Shown: positions 30,380-40,129, counted from the first letter of the stretch. The stretch is 64,000 bases of DNA from an uncultured Pseudomonadota bacterium (GCA_963812925.1 CAWEXF010000013.1:92565-156564); one strand, 5' to 3'. Notes: generated by a model not told the origin, from the letters alone. Translations and numbers: made by a program.

Positions 30380-31108
30380 GTGAGTGAGCGGATCAAGCGA
30401 GCGTTGCGACGCCTGGGCCTCGTGGTTCGAAGGTTGGAATCGTCGAACGACGAATACCAGGTGATCAAGGACGCCCTGAGGATCAGCCGTGCGGACGCTG
30501 TCCTCGATGTTGGCGCGAACATCGGCCAATACGGCGATCTCGTACTGGAAACCGGGTTTGCGGGGGATCTGATTTCATTCGAGGCAATTCCCGCCGTTCA
30601 CCGGCTCCTCGAGGCGCATGCTCGAGCGAACAGCCGCAGGTGGATCGTCGCACCGTGCGCGGCGCTCGGGAGCAAAGCGGGCGAGACGGTAATCAACATA
30701 GCCGGAAACTCGGTGAGCAGCAGCCTGCTGCCCATGCGCTCGGAGCACGTCGCGGCGGCGCCGGAATCCGCGTATGTCCGCACCGAGCTGGTCAAGGTAG
30801 AGAGATTGGACGAGCTGGCGAGCAGGCTGCTGAGTCCGAACCGGCGACTCATGATAAAGGTCGACACCCAGGGATACGAGCTGGAAGTCCTCGCCGGGGC
30901 GACCGGACTGCTGCCGCAGACCGTGGCGCTGCAGTTGGAGTTGTCGCTCGTGCCGTTGTACGAGGGCGCTCCCGCGTTCGTCGATGTGATTCAGTACATG
31001 GCAGCGCGCGGCTTCGAAGTGTTCTCCATTGCTCCCGGATTCAAGGATAGGCGCAGCGGCAGGCTGCTGCAGATGGACGGGATATTCCTGCGCCGGGAAG
31101 GCGCCTGA
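30380..31108 (+). CDS. FkbM-family methyltransferase
   Basis: 242 aa, VLDVGANIGQYGD...VAPCAALGSKAGE..INIAGNSVSSSLL...IKVDTQGYELEVLAGA (TIGR01444-like pattern). Confidence 0.7.
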   Translation: MSERIKRALRRLGLVVRRLESSNDEYQVIKDALRISRADAVLDVGANIGQYGDLVLETGFAGDLISFEAIPAVHRLLEAHARANSRRWIVAPCAALGSKAGETVINIAGNSVSSSLLPMRSEHVAAAPESAYVRTELVKVERLDELASRLLSPNRRLMIKVDTQGYELEVLAGATGLLPQTVALQLELSLVPLYEGAPAFVDVIQYMAARGFEVFSIAPGFKDRRSGRLLQMDGIFLRREGA

Positions 31109-31123
31109 GTCGGGCTTGCGGGC

Positions 31124-32566
31124 TCACCTGGTTGCAGCCCAGCGCTCGAACATGGATGTCAGCAGCTCCCGCTGAGTCAGGTAAAGATACGCGCCGAGAG
31201 GGATCGCAAAGATCGCAAGGCCTACAGTCATCGCAATGGGCGGACCGAGGCCGAGCGTGCCGGTGGCCGCAACGACGCCCAGCAGCGTGCAGATGGCTAC
31301 AATGATCAGCTGTCCGAGTTGACGTCCTATCGTACGCAGCACCGGTTGCCTGAAGACTGCGCGCAGCACCAGCAGCGAGCCGGCGTAGATAGCGACCTCG
31401 AGGATCAATTTGCCGTACATGAATGCCACCAAACCGTGCGGCGCCAATCGCATGTAGACCACGATCTGCGCCGCCACGGTGGCGAGGCGCATGCCGGCGA
31501 CGATCTTGGCGAGACCGTGGGCTCTCAGAAGCGAGGGTGCGGGCAGTATCGTGTACGAGATGCCGTCGGCGATCGCGTTCAGGGCCATGACATCGGCGAC
31601 TCCGTGCCACTTCGGCCCGAAAAGCGCTTCCAGAGGCCGGGCGGCAACCACGATCACGCCCGCGACGGCCAGGCTGATCGGAGTGAGAACCTCGATGCTC
31701 CGCTCGAACAGACGCCAGCCCGCGCCCGACTCCCCCGAGATCTCGCAAAATCCGGCGTAGAGAACCGGTATCAGCGGGCCAAGCAGGGAGCCGAGGACGT
31801 AGGTATCGATCCGGTCGCTCAGTTGGAACAGCCCGAGATCGTGAGCCCCCAGAAAGTAAGCCAGGAAGAATCCTCCGCCCGACATCACCATCCATGTCAC
31901 CCCCATGTCGACCGCGACCCAGGAGGCAAAGCCGGAGAAATCCTTCGCGGCCGACCAGTCGAATCGCAGCGCGGGGCGCCATCCGAGCAGGAGCTGTGCC
32001 GCGACCATCTGACTCAGAGCCGAGGCGATCGAGCCCACGAGCAGCGACCAGTACGAATAGCCGAGGAATGCGAGCGGGATGCCGATGCCCAGGGAAAAGA
32101 CCGTCGATATGAGGCGCACCGGCACCAGTCGGCGGTAGCGGAACTGGCGCCGGGCCGCCGCGATGTGCACGGAGCACAAGGCGTTGAACAGGAGTTGAAT
32201 GCCGAGTATGGGAATGATCACCGTGACGCGGCGGTCATGAAGGACCCGGGCCGCCCACGGCGCGACCAGGAAGAGAACCACGATTGCGGCAATCGAGAGC
32301 GCGACGTTCAGATAGAAGATGGTGCTGTAGGCGCGCTGATCATCCTGCGGCTGGCGCATCAAAGCCAGGCTGAGGCTGTTGTCGACGACGAGCGGAAAGA
32401 AGTTGATCAGGAGGAGTGCGAAGCCGATCAGTCCGAAATCGGTGGGGGACAGGAGTTTTGCGTAGACGAGAGATGAAAGCGCGCGCGCCCCCCCGGCGAC
32501 CACTTCGCCCGCGACCGCCCAGAGCGAGCCGGAAACGAGCCGCGATCTCAGGCTGCTGAAGCTCAT
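31124..32566 (-). CDS. wzx: Wzx-like oligosaccharide-unit flippase (MOP superfamily polysaccharide biosynthesis protein)
   Basis: 480 aa with about 12-14 hydrophobic segments. N-terminus is SLRSRLVSGSLWAVAGEVVAGGARALSSLVYAKLLSPTDFGL, typical of Polysacc_synt proteins. Confidence 0.7.
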   Translation of the reverse strand: MSFSSLRSRLVSGSLWAVAGEVVAGGARALSSLVYAKLLSPTDFGLIGFALLLINFFPLVVDNSLSLALMRQPQDDQRAYSTIFYLNVALSIAAIVVLFLVAPWAARVLHDRRVTVIIPILGIQLLFNALCSVHIAAARRQFRYRRLVPVRLISTVFSLGIGIPLAFLGYSYWSLLVGSIASALSQMVAAQLLLGWRPALRFDWSAAKDFSGFASWVAVDMGVTWMVMSGGGFFLAYFLGAHDLGLFQLSDRIDTYVLGSLLGPLIPVLYAGFCEISGESGAGWRLFERSIEVLTPISLAVAGVIVVAARPLEALFGPKWHGVADVMALNAIADGISYTILPAPSLLRAHGLAKIVAGMRLATVAAQIVVYMRLAPHGLVAFMYGKLILEVAIYAGSLLVLRAVFRQPVLRTIGRQLGQLIIVAICTLLGVVAATGTLGLGPPIAMTVGLAIFAIPLGAYLYLTQRELLTSMFERWAATR

Positions 32567-32585
32567 GGCTCGGGCGATAGCGCCA

Positions 32586-33440
32586 TCAAGGCGTGTTCAG
32601 CGGCGGCGAGTTCGCACGGGTGGCGATGTCCAGCGGATAGCCCAGGCGTTTGATGATGGCTCCAGCCTCCCGCTCGATCGTCTCGCGGACGTCGTTTGGA
32701 ACGGGAGCACGCGCCGTCCCGGGCGCATGAGGGCGGACGAACGCGAAGCTCTTGAGCGCCGGATGACTGGCCGCCGCTTCCGCCTCGAGATCGCGCATTC
32801 TATCGATGCTGGAGCGCTCCACCGCCGTCGCGATCATTGCAGCCGTTACCGGCATTCCAAGCAGCCGATACAACCGATCGAGCTGCTCCTGAGGGTTCGC
32901 AAGCAGGTCTTCGTAACGGATGAGAGCGAACGATGCGGACGGGTGGATTCCATCGAGCCAACCCGTGACGTGGTCCGCCCAGGCGCGTATGCCGTGCGTC
33001 CCATCCGCCACCATTTGCTGCAACGTTCCGCGATACCACCCGAGGCCGGTGAGGAATGCCCAGTACGACACCATTACGTGGCGGGGGTCGCGAACCAGAT
33101 AAAAGACCTTGCGGTACTCGGGCATGTAGGGGGCATGGCTCTTGAAGAAGCGATAGCCCGGCAGCGCCGCGCGGGGCATGCTCACGTGACTGACCGACTG
33201 TACGTCGGGGACGAAATCGTTGAGATTGAACCAGGTCACCGCCCGCCGATCGCCGGCGATTTGCGCGTTGACGTTGGCCAGGAGAAACGTGAGCCAGGTC
33301 ACGCCGGATTTCGGAAACTCCACGACGAAGAGGTCATCGTCGTGCCTCTCTCCCGGGAGAAAGTGGCGTGACATCCTGGACTTGACGGTACGGCCGAGGC
33401 GGCGGCGCGCGGGGGAGAGGAGCTGCCGAAAATGCGCCAT
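32586..33440 (-). CDS. PAPS-dependent sulfotransferase-domain protein
   Basis: 284 aa. 5'-PSB-like loop FVVEFPKSGVTWLTFLL and 3'-PB-like FYLVRDPRHVMVSYWAF. Confidence 0.7.
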   Translation of the reverse strand: MAHFRQLLSPARRRLGRTVKSRMSRHFLPGERHDDDLFVVEFPKSGVTWLTFLLANVNAQIAGDRRAVTWFNLNDFVPDVQSVSHVSMPRAALPGYRFFKSHAPYMPEYRKVFYLVRDPRHVMVSYWAFLTGLGWYRGTLQQMVADGTHGIRAWADHVTGWLDGIHPSASFALIRYEDLLANPQEQLDRLYRLLGMPVTAAMIATAVERSSIDRMRDLEAEAAASHPALKSFAFVRPHAPGTARAPVPNDVRETIEREAGAIIKRLGYPLDIATRANSPPLNTP

Positions 33441-33688
33441 CAGAGTTCCCTTGTGGGCCCTACGGGTACGGAGGAGGGGCGGCGATTGTCGCGCATGGCC
33501 ATTCGGTGCTGTTGCGCACAGTTGCTGAGGCTGCTCTGGTCAGACCGCCCGAAAACGCGGAATATTGCCAGATTGGCGGGCGCAATGCCTGCGGATTCGA
33601 CCCCCAGGGCCAGCTCGATCTGTACAATTGGCGCGTGGCGCGGGGCGGCCCTGGGGCGCTCCGGGCCCGGGGTTTGCGGCTTATACCG

Positions 33689-33694
33689 TATAAT
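33689..33694 (+). promoter_or_regulatory. Perfect TATAAT hexamer about 50 nt upstream of the radical-SAM start (candidate -10 box; no convincing -35)
   Basis: ccgTATAATgcc sits in the 303-bp divergent intergenic region between the sulfotransferase and radical-SAM genes. An AT-only hexamer stands out in this GC-rich DNA. Confidence 0.25.
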
Positions 33695-33743
33695 GCCCTG
33701 GTTCCGACGGTAAGCGTCCATGAATGGTGTAAATGACTGACCC

Positions 33744-34754
33744 ATGAGATCGGAAACTCTACTGCGCCTCAACCGCCTCCTGCCGCCGCGACTCAAGTTT
33801 GCGGGCATTCTGGCTGCCGATATGGTCGGAATGCGTCACCTGATCGTCCGGCTCGACCCGATCATTGCCTGCAACCTTCGCTGCGGCATGTGCTATTTCA
33901 GCGACGAGAAGTTCATGCCGCCCGGACCCGTGCGGCGCTTCTCGCGCGAGGACGTGGAGCGCCTGGCCGAGCAGTTCTTTCCGCTCGCGATGCAGGTGCA
34001 CATCGGCTGCGGCACCGAGCCCACGATGTTCAAGGGATACTCGGCCCTGGTGCCGCTGGCGAAGCGGCACGGTGTGCCGTTCATCGGCTTCACCAGCAAC
34101 GGGCAACTGCTGACGGCGCCGCACCTGCGCACCATGATAGAAGGCGGCCTGACCGAGATCACGCTGTCGACTCATGGGGTTCACAAGGAGACCTATGAGC
34201 AGCTGATGGTCGGGGCGTCCTGGGACAAGTACCACGCCAATCTGCAGATGTTGGTCGATCTCAAGAAACAACTGGGTACGCCACATCCGCGCATCCGTAT
34301 CAACTATACCGTCAACAAGTCGAACCTGCCGGAGCTGCGCGAGTTTTTCTCGCGCTTCGACGCCTACGACATCGCGGTGCTGCAGATACGCCCGATGGAC
34401 AACATCGGCGACACGGCCTATCACTGGGAGGATCTGTCGGGAGTCGTGGGCATGTATCGCGACATCGTCGCCGAGCTGACCGAGCAGTGCCGCACGCGCG
34501 GCATTCGCCTGATGGCGGGCGATCCCGAGCTGCTGCAGACAGCCAACACCTACGCCACCGTTTACGAAACCGCCGTGTTGCGGGTGCTCGATCCCAACAT
34601 GACGTGGCGCGAGGACTTCGACTTCCGCGCCATGAGCTACCGCGAATATCTGAAGAAGACCGGCTATCGCCGCGAGCTGCTCGGCCACGTTCTGCATGGC
34701 GGCCGCGCCCTGGCCCGCCCGAATCGCTTCGCTTCCTCGCGCGTCCTGAATTGA
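33744..34754 (+). CDS. Radical SAM enzyme (no obvious SPASM or B12 extension), unknown substrate
   Basis: 336 aa with CNLRCGMCYF (the CxxxCxxC cluster), followed by GCGTEPTM, TSNG and ITLSTHG elements of the radical-SAM core. Confidence 0.8.
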   Translation: MRSETLLRLNRLLPPRLKFAGILAADMVGMRHLIVRLDPIIACNLRCGMCYFSDEKFMPPGPVRRFSREDVERLAEQFFPLAMQVHIGCGTEPTMFKGYSALVPLAKRHGVPFIGFTSNGQLLTAPHLRTMIEGGLTEITLSTHGVHKETYEQLMVGASWDKYHANLQMLVDLKKQLGTPHPRIRINYTVNKSNLPELREFFSRFDAYDIAVLQIRPMDNIGDTAYHWEDLSGVVGMYRDIVAELTEQCRTRGIRLMAGDPELLQTANTYATVYETAVLRVLDPNMTWREDFDFRAMSYREYLKKTGYRRELLGHVLHGGRALARPNRFASSRVLN

Positions 34755-34767
34755 GGCGGTGACCGGG

Positions 34768-34783
34768 GGCGCCTGCCGGCGCC
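34768..34783. terminator. GGCGCC-tgcc-GGCGCC hairpin between the convergent radical-SAM and acetyltransferase genes
   Basis: 6-bp perfect stem with a 4-nt loop, immediately adjacent to the acetyltransferase stop codon. No U-tract. Confidence 0.3.
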
Positions 34784-35478
34784 TATCTTGTGCGAATGAC
34801 CCGTGCCGGCACGCCGACGGCCACCGCGCGGGCTGGGAGGCTCTTGGTAACCACCGTCGCGGCGCCCACGACGCTGCCCGGTCCGATCTCGACCCCGTCG
34901 AGTATCACCGCGTTATTGCCGATCCAACAGTCGTCAGCGACGGTAATGCCGCTGCGGGTCACTCCCTGGGAGAATATCTGGTCGTCGGCGGCGAACAGGT
35001 GCGACTCGGCGATGAAGCTGACGTTGGCGCCTATCTGGCAGCGGCGGCCGATGCGCAGCGGCGCGGCCGCTCCCAGGATGGCTCGCGGACCGATGTAGGT
35101 ATCGTCGCCTATCTCGATGGAATCGCCGGGCGAGTCCAGCCTGCTGGTGAGTTGCAGCCACGCGAATTCACGAATGGTGACGTTGCGGCCGAGCCGCACG
35201 CCCCCCCGGGAATAGCAGTTCAGGTACGAGTAATCGCCGATGAACACTCCCGCTCCGGAGTGAAGTTGGGATCCCGCCAGGATGCGCACGCCGCGGCCCA
35301 GAAAGAGCGGCCAGCGGGCATGCCGCAGCAATGGTTTGCGGACCAGGCCGCGAATCACGGGCAGCCCGCCGCGCGCCAGGATCTGAGCCAGCGCGCGCTG
35401 GGCGGGTATCCCGCCGAGGTCGCCCAGCTCCTTGCCGCGCGCATGTCTGAGGATGGCTCTGAGGAGAGAATCAATCAC
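34783..35478 (-). CDS. Left-handed beta-helix (hexapeptide-repeat) acyl/acetyltransferase
   Basis: 231 aa with hexapeptide repeats IGDDTYIGPRAILG..., IGANVSFI... and ITVADDCWIGNNAVILDGVEIGPGSVVGAATVV. Confidence 0.8.
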   Translation of the reverse strand: MIDSLLRAILRHARGKELGDLGGIPAQRALAQILARGGLPVIRGLVRKPLLRHARWPLFLGRGVRILAGSQLHSGAGVFIGDYSYLNCYSRGGVRLGRNVTIREFAWLQLTSRLDSPGDSIEIGDDTYIGPRAILGAAAPLRIGRRCQIGANVSFIAESHLFAADDQIFSQGVTRSGITVADDCWIGNNAVILDGVEIGPGSVVGAATVVTKSLPARAVAVGVPARVIRTR

Positions 35479-35610
35479 GGGGTTGCGAGGCGGCGCGGCC
35501 GGCCCAGCTCCGGCTGAGGATGCTGTTAAAAATCAGATATGCTGCCAGAAACGGCGATAAAATGGCAAAGTAGCTTTTACATGTCGGCGAAAGATGATGC
35601 GGACGAACGA

Positions 35611-36624
35611 ATGAGCAGGCCAAGAGCCGCCTCCGTCGGGGTGGACACTCACTCGCACGATCGCGCGCCACCGTCCGCGTTCGTTCCGCGCGACGACGGG
35701 GTCAGCCTCAGAGAGTTCCTGCTGTTCATTTGGCGCAGCCGCTGGGTTGCCCTGGGCGCGGGCGTACTGTGCGCGATCGTGGCGGCCGTGGCCGCCTGGG
35801 TCGTCACTCCGGAATACACCGCTTCGGTGGTATTGCTGCCGGTCAGCACGCATGGCGGCTCCGTGGATCTGGGAAGCTCGGCTTCGGAATTGAGCGGCCT
35901 GGCGTCCCTGGCAGGAATCAATCTGAATGGCGCCAACCAGGTCAAGACCGAAGCAATCGCGACCCTGGAATCCGAAATTCTGACGGAGCAGTACATACGG
36001 CAACACGACCTGCTGCCGATCCTGTTTTCCCATGACTGGAATGCCGCCACCCGGCAATGGAAGACCACCGACCCGCAGAAGGTGCCGACCCCGTGGAAGG
36101 CGAACCGACGCTTCAAGGACGTTCGCGCCATCGACGACGACACGAAGACCGGCCTGATCACTCTCACCATCAGATGGAAGAGCCCGTACCTGGCGGCGGA
36201 ATGGGCCAACGGACTCGTGAAGCTGACCAATGACTACCTGCGGCAACGCGCTATCGACGAGGCTGAGCGAAACATTGCCTATCTGAGCGGCGAAGTCTCC
36301 AAGACGAACATCGTCGAAGTGAAGAGCGCGATCTACACGCTGATGGAGTCGGAGATCAAGAACGAGATGATCGCGCGCGGCAGGGATGAATACGCGTTGC
36401 GCGTGATCGATCCCGCCGTGCCGCCTGAAAAGATGAGCTTTCCCAGGCCGGTCCTGTGGACGGCCGGCGCTTTCCTGGGCGGAATTTTCCTCGGCCTTCT
36501 GGTGAACGTCCTGCGCGAGACCCTGGCGGATGATCCGAGCGGCGAGCCGGGGCGCAACCGGATTCCGAACGCCCCGACGCGGTCGCCGGCGTCGGCCCTC
36601 GAGTCTGAGATGGAACGGCCCTGA
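35611..36624 (+). CDS. Wzz-type polysaccharide co-polymerase (chain-length determinant); no tyrosine-kinase domain
   Basis: TM1 is WVALGAGVLCAIVAAVAAWVVTPEYTAS, followed by a coiled-coil-like periplasmic region. A Pro-rich motif DPAVPPEKMSFPRP precedes TM2 (WTAGAFLGGIFLGLLVNVL). Start chosen at ATG 35611 because codons between 35539 and 35610 are A/T-ending. ATG 35539 and 35581 are alternatives. Confidence 0.7.
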   Translation: MSRPRAASVGVDTHSHDRAPPSAFVPRDDGVSLREFLLFIWRSRWVALGAGVLCAIVAAVAAWVVTPEYTASVVLLPVSTHGGSVDLGSSASELSGLASLAGINLNGANQVKTEAIATLESEILTEQYIRQHDLLPILFSHDWNAATRQWKTTDPQKVPTPWKANRRFKDVRAIDDDTKTGLITLTIRWKSPYLAAEWANGLVKLTNDYLRQRAIDEAERNIAYLSGEVSKTNIVEVKSAIYTLMESEIKNEMIARGRDEYALRVIDPAVPPEKMSFPRPVLWTAGAFLGGIFLGLLVNVLRETLADDPSGEPGRNRIPNAPTRSPASALESEMERP

Positions 36625-36747
36625 CCGGCCTGGCGGTTGTCAGGCGTGGCTCAGCCTTCTCATCACCAGCCGCCCTTGTTGGGCGAGTATGTCCGGCAGG
36701 CGACCGAGCTCCGGTGTGCCGTCGGCGGCAAATTCCTGCGACGGGGT

Positions 36748-37587
36748 GTGCCGCCCGAATCCGACGGGTTGGTGACGGTAATAACGGTCGCGTTCAATTC
36801 GGCCGCGACGATATCCAGGACGATCGACAGCATCGCGGCTCAGACTCATCCGCGAGTCGAATACATCATCGTCGACGGAGGGTCCTCCGACGGCACCGTG
36901 GAGCTGCTTCGCCAACGCGAGGCTGACATCGACATCTGGTTGAGCGAGCGCGATGGCGGCATAAGCGACGCCTTCAACAAGGGCATCGCGCTGGCGTCAG
37001 GGCAGTTCATAGCGCTGGTGAATTCGGACGATTGGATGGATCAGGATCACCTCGCGCGGGCGATCGCCTGCCTGCAGGAGACCGGAGCGGACTTCGCTTT
37101 CGGGAATCTCATGGTGCACGGCGACGGGCATGCACCGCAGTACGTCATCGACGGTGACCCGCATTACGGGCTGCGAATCCGACATTCGATGCCCGCCTTG
37201 AGTCATCCTTCGCTGGTCTGCAGGCGGGAAGTGTACGAGCGTCATGGCTTGTACGACCGCGAGCTGCGCATCGCCATGGACTACGAGTGGCTGCTGCGCA
37301 GCTACAAGTCCGGGGCCAGAGGCCGCTATGTGCCGGAGATCACCAGTCACATGGGCGGCGGCGGCGTCTCCGATCTGAGCGGCCATGTGGGCTTGCGCGA
37401 AGTGAGGGATATTTCCGTGCGGCACGGCTATTCCGCGCCGCGTGCGTGGGCCAGGTATTGGGCTCGGGTATCGAGGCTCAGGGCGCGCCTGCTCATGGAG
37501 CGATGGGGGCTTTCCCGGCGCATTGCCCAACGCCTGCGCCGGCTGATCCATCCCGCATATCGTCCCTATGCATCACGGGAGCATTAG
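36748..37587 (+). CDS. Family 2 glycosyltransferase
   Basis: VTVITVAFNSAATISRTIDSIAAQTHPRVEYIIVDGGSSDGT...NSDDW (DxD). Start is uncertain: the track ORF begins at TTG 36637, and candidate internal starts are GTG 36748 and TTG 36769. Confidence 0.8.
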   Translation: MPPESDGLVTVITVAFNSAATISRTIDSIAAQTHPRVEYIIVDGGSSDGTVELLRQREADIDIWLSERDGGISDAFNKGIALASGQFIALVNSDDWMDQDHLARAIACLQETGADFAFGNLMVHGDGHAPQYVIDGDPHYGLRIRHSMPALSHPSLVCRREVYERHGLYDRELRIAMDYEWLLRSYKSGARGRYVPEITSHMGGGGVSDLSGHVGLREVRDISVRHGYSAPRAWARYWARVSRLRARLLMERWGLSRRIAQRLRRLIHPAYRPYASREH

Positions 37588-38869
37588 CACCGGACGGGAG
37601 GGCGAAGCGGCAGCGCTCGGATTGCGGCTGCCGATACCGTTTTGGATCCTCTGCTCGCTTCTGCTGACGGATCAGCTGGTGCCGACCCTGCCGTTCTACC
37701 TCGGGGTTGCGCCGTCGATGGCGCTTGGCATGATCATCGCGGCCGGCGTCTGCATCCTTACCCTGTTGGTGTGTTGGGCAATCCAAGCGCGGGCAGTCGG
37801 TGCGAGTCTGCTGGACGCGAAGGCAAACGGACTGATGCTGATCGGCACCGTCGTGATCGCGACGATGCTGCACGGAGTGGTCGCTGACCAGCTGGAAGGC
37901 CTCGAGGTCGGCCGCTTTGCGGCCTCCCTGATTCCACTGATGCTGCTGCTCGGCGGTGGTCTCGCCCTGGGCACCGCGATACGCAATGCGTCCGAGGCGT
38001 CCATGGCTCGGGCAGCGCGGCTGAGCTTCTGGATCCTTTGCGCGATCGGTTTCTGCGGCGCGGTGGGATTGCAGCCTCCCCACGTCGGGCACTTTCCGAA
38101 GTCCACGTTTCCGTTCACGGAGACCTCGCATTTCGTCCTGGCTTTCTCGCCGGTCTACCTCTATATGTGCGCCACTGCGAGGCGCGGCCGGCGCGACCTC
38201 TGGCTGCTGCTCGGCTTCGCGCTCACTATTTTGCTCAAGAGCGGAACTCTCCTGGCCGTGGCGTTCCTCGCTGCGGTGATATGTCGTCGCTTTTGGCTGG
38301 TGCTGGTGGCGGTTCTGTTGGTCGCCGCAGCCGGACTGACTGTGCAGTTGAAGTATTTCACCAGCCGGGTTGCGCTATCGAACGACAGCTCGAATGTCTC
38401 GGCTCTGGTTTACCTCGAGGGCTGGGAGATGCTGGATGACTCGCTGGTCAGATCACACGGGTGGGGGGTCGGGTTCGAACAGCTCGGACTGCAGGGCAGT
38501 GACGTGCCCGCGGCGCAGGCGATTCGCAGCCTGATCCAGGGTCAGGATCTCAACCTGAAGGACGGGAGCTTCGTGCTGTCGAAGGTCGGCAGTGAGTTCG
38601 GCGCCGCTGGTCTGCTGCTCGTCGCCGGCTATGCCTTGTTTGCGCTCAAGTGTCTGCGTGCGCTGAGATCGGGGCGCGGGTCGCTCAACGAGCAGTTCGC
38701 GCGCAGTGTGGTGCTGGCATTCTGGGTGGACATGTTCGTGCGCGGCACGGGCTATTTCAGTCAGTCGACGTTTCTATTCGTGGCGGCGTGTCTCGCTTTG
38801 GCGCCGGCCAGGGGCCTGCTGGCGCTGCGGCGCGGCGCGGGGCCGCACAATCTGCTGGTACTGCGCTGA
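37568..38869 (+). CDS. O-antigen polymerase/ligase-family (Wzy_C-type) polytopic membrane protein
   Basis: 433 aa with 10 or more hydrophobic segments and a loop RSHGWGVGFEQLG typical of the O-antigen ligase/Wzy_C domain. Sequence alone cannot separate Wzy from WaaL. Confidence 0.6.
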   Translation: MHHGSISTGREGEAAALGLRLPIPFWILCSLLLTDQLVPTLPFYLGVAPSMALGMIIAAGVCILTLLVCWAIQARAVGASLLDAKANGLMLIGTVVIATMLHGVVADQLEGLEVGRFAASLIPLMLLLGGGLALGTAIRNASEASMARAARLSFWILCAIGFCGAVGLQPPHVGHFPKSTFPFTETSHFVLAFSPVYLYMCATARRGRRDLWLLLGFALTILLKSGTLLAVAFLAAVICRRFWLVLVAVLLVAAAGLTVQLKYFTSRVALSNDSSNVSALVYLEGWEMLDDSLVRSHGWGVGFEQLGLQGSDVPAAQAIRSLIQGQDLNLKDGSFVLSKVGSEFGAAGLLLVAGYALFALKCLRALRSGRGSLNEQFARSVVLAFWVDMFVRGTGYFSQSTFLFVAACLALAPARGLLALRRGAGPHNLLVLR

Positions 38870-38902
38870 CGAGCCATATCGGCTGCCCCGGAACTGCTCA
38901 GG

Positions 38903-40123
38903 ATGTCGCCGCGCTCCGTAGTCATACTCAATTCGTTCTGCCACGTCCAGGGCGGGGCCAGTCGCGTCGCGATCGATGAGGCGGTGGGGCTCGCCCGGCG
39001 CGGTGTGGCCGTTACTTTCATAGGGGCCGTGGGCCCGGTGGCGGAGGAATTGTCCGCCGCACCACTGCGGGTGATATGCCTCGGGCAGCCGCAGATGGCG
39101 GACGGGTTCAGCAACCCCAAGGTGGCGCTTCAGGGCCTGTGGAACAGGGCTGCTTACGAGGCAACCAAGACGGTGCTGCGGCAATGCGATCGACGCGACA
39201 CCATCGTGCACCTGCACGGGTTTACCCAGGGCCTCAGCAGCAGCCCCGTGCGTTGCTCGCTGGCGCGTGGGTTCAGAGTCGTCTGCACCCTGCATGAGTA
39301 CGTTACCGCATGCCCGAACGGCGCGTTCTTCGACTATGCATCGGAGTCACCCTGCCACAGGCGGCCACTCTCGGTGCAGTGCCTGACACGAAACTGCGAC
39401 AAGCGGTTGTATATCCACAAGGCATTTCGGGTCCTGAGGACCGGTGTACAGCGGAGCGTGGGCGGGTTGCCCGGAGGGGTGATGCATTACATCGGGCTGT
39501 CACGGCGCTCGGTGGCGGTGCTTCGACCCTACCTTCCCGCGGATGCGCGCCTGTTCTTTCTCGACAATCCCGTGGAGGTCTCCGAAACACCGCCCGTGGA
39601 TGTGGCGCGCAATCGCACGGTGGTTGCGATCGGGCGACTCGATCCGGAGAAAGGGGTGCAGGTCCTCATCGAAGCATCCCGACGTTCAGGGACCGAAGTG
39701 CTGTTCGTAGGCGACGGGCCGCTGCGACCTCTGGCAGAGAGCAGCACGACGTGCAGGGTGACCGGATGGTTGTCGCGCGACCGGGTGCTGGCGACGCTGG
39801 ATGAGGCCCGCTGCCTGGTGTTTCCGAGCCTGTGGTGTGAGACTTTCGGCCTGTCAGTATCGGAGGCCGCGGCGAGGGGCGTACCGGCCATCGTGAGCGA
39901 CATCTGCGGCACCGCCGAGCGGGTGGAGCACGACGTCACCGGCTGGCACGTCCGCGCGGGCGACGCGGCTGACCTGGCAGATCGCTTCGACCGCATTCGC
40001 GACGATGCCGCGGTGGCAGCGGCGGGGAGGGCAGCCTACACGAGGTTCTGGAGCGCGCCTCCGACCCGCGAACGGCACACGGAGCAGTTGCTGCAGGTAT
40101 ACGACCAGGTCCTGCGCGGCTGA
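38903..40123 (+). CDS. Family 4 (GT-B, GT1-like) glycosyltransferase
   Basis: 406 aa. C-terminal signature is GRLDPEKG...VFPSLWCETFGLSVSEAAARGVPAIVSD (EX7E-type). Confidence 0.8.
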   Translation: MSPRSVVILNSFCHVQGGASRVAIDEAVGLARRGVAVTFIGAVGPVAEELSAAPLRVICLGQPQMADGFSNPKVALQGLWNRAAYEATKTVLRQCDRRDTIVHLHGFTQGLSSSPVRCSLARGFRVVCTLHEYVTACPNGAFFDYASESPCHRRPLSVQCLTRNCDKRLYIHKAFRVLRTGVQRSVGGLPGGVMHYIGLSRRSVAVLRPYLPADARLFFLDNPVEVSETPPVDVARNRTVVAIGRLDPEKGVQVLIEASRRSGTEVLFVGDGPLRPLAESSTTCRVTGWLSRDRVLATLDEARCLVFPSLWCETFGLSVSEAAARGVPAIVSDICGTAERVEHDVTGWHVRAGDAADLADRFDRIRDDAAVAAAGRAAYTRFWSAPPTRERHTEQLLQVYDQVLRG

Positions 40124-40129
40124 GGCTCG

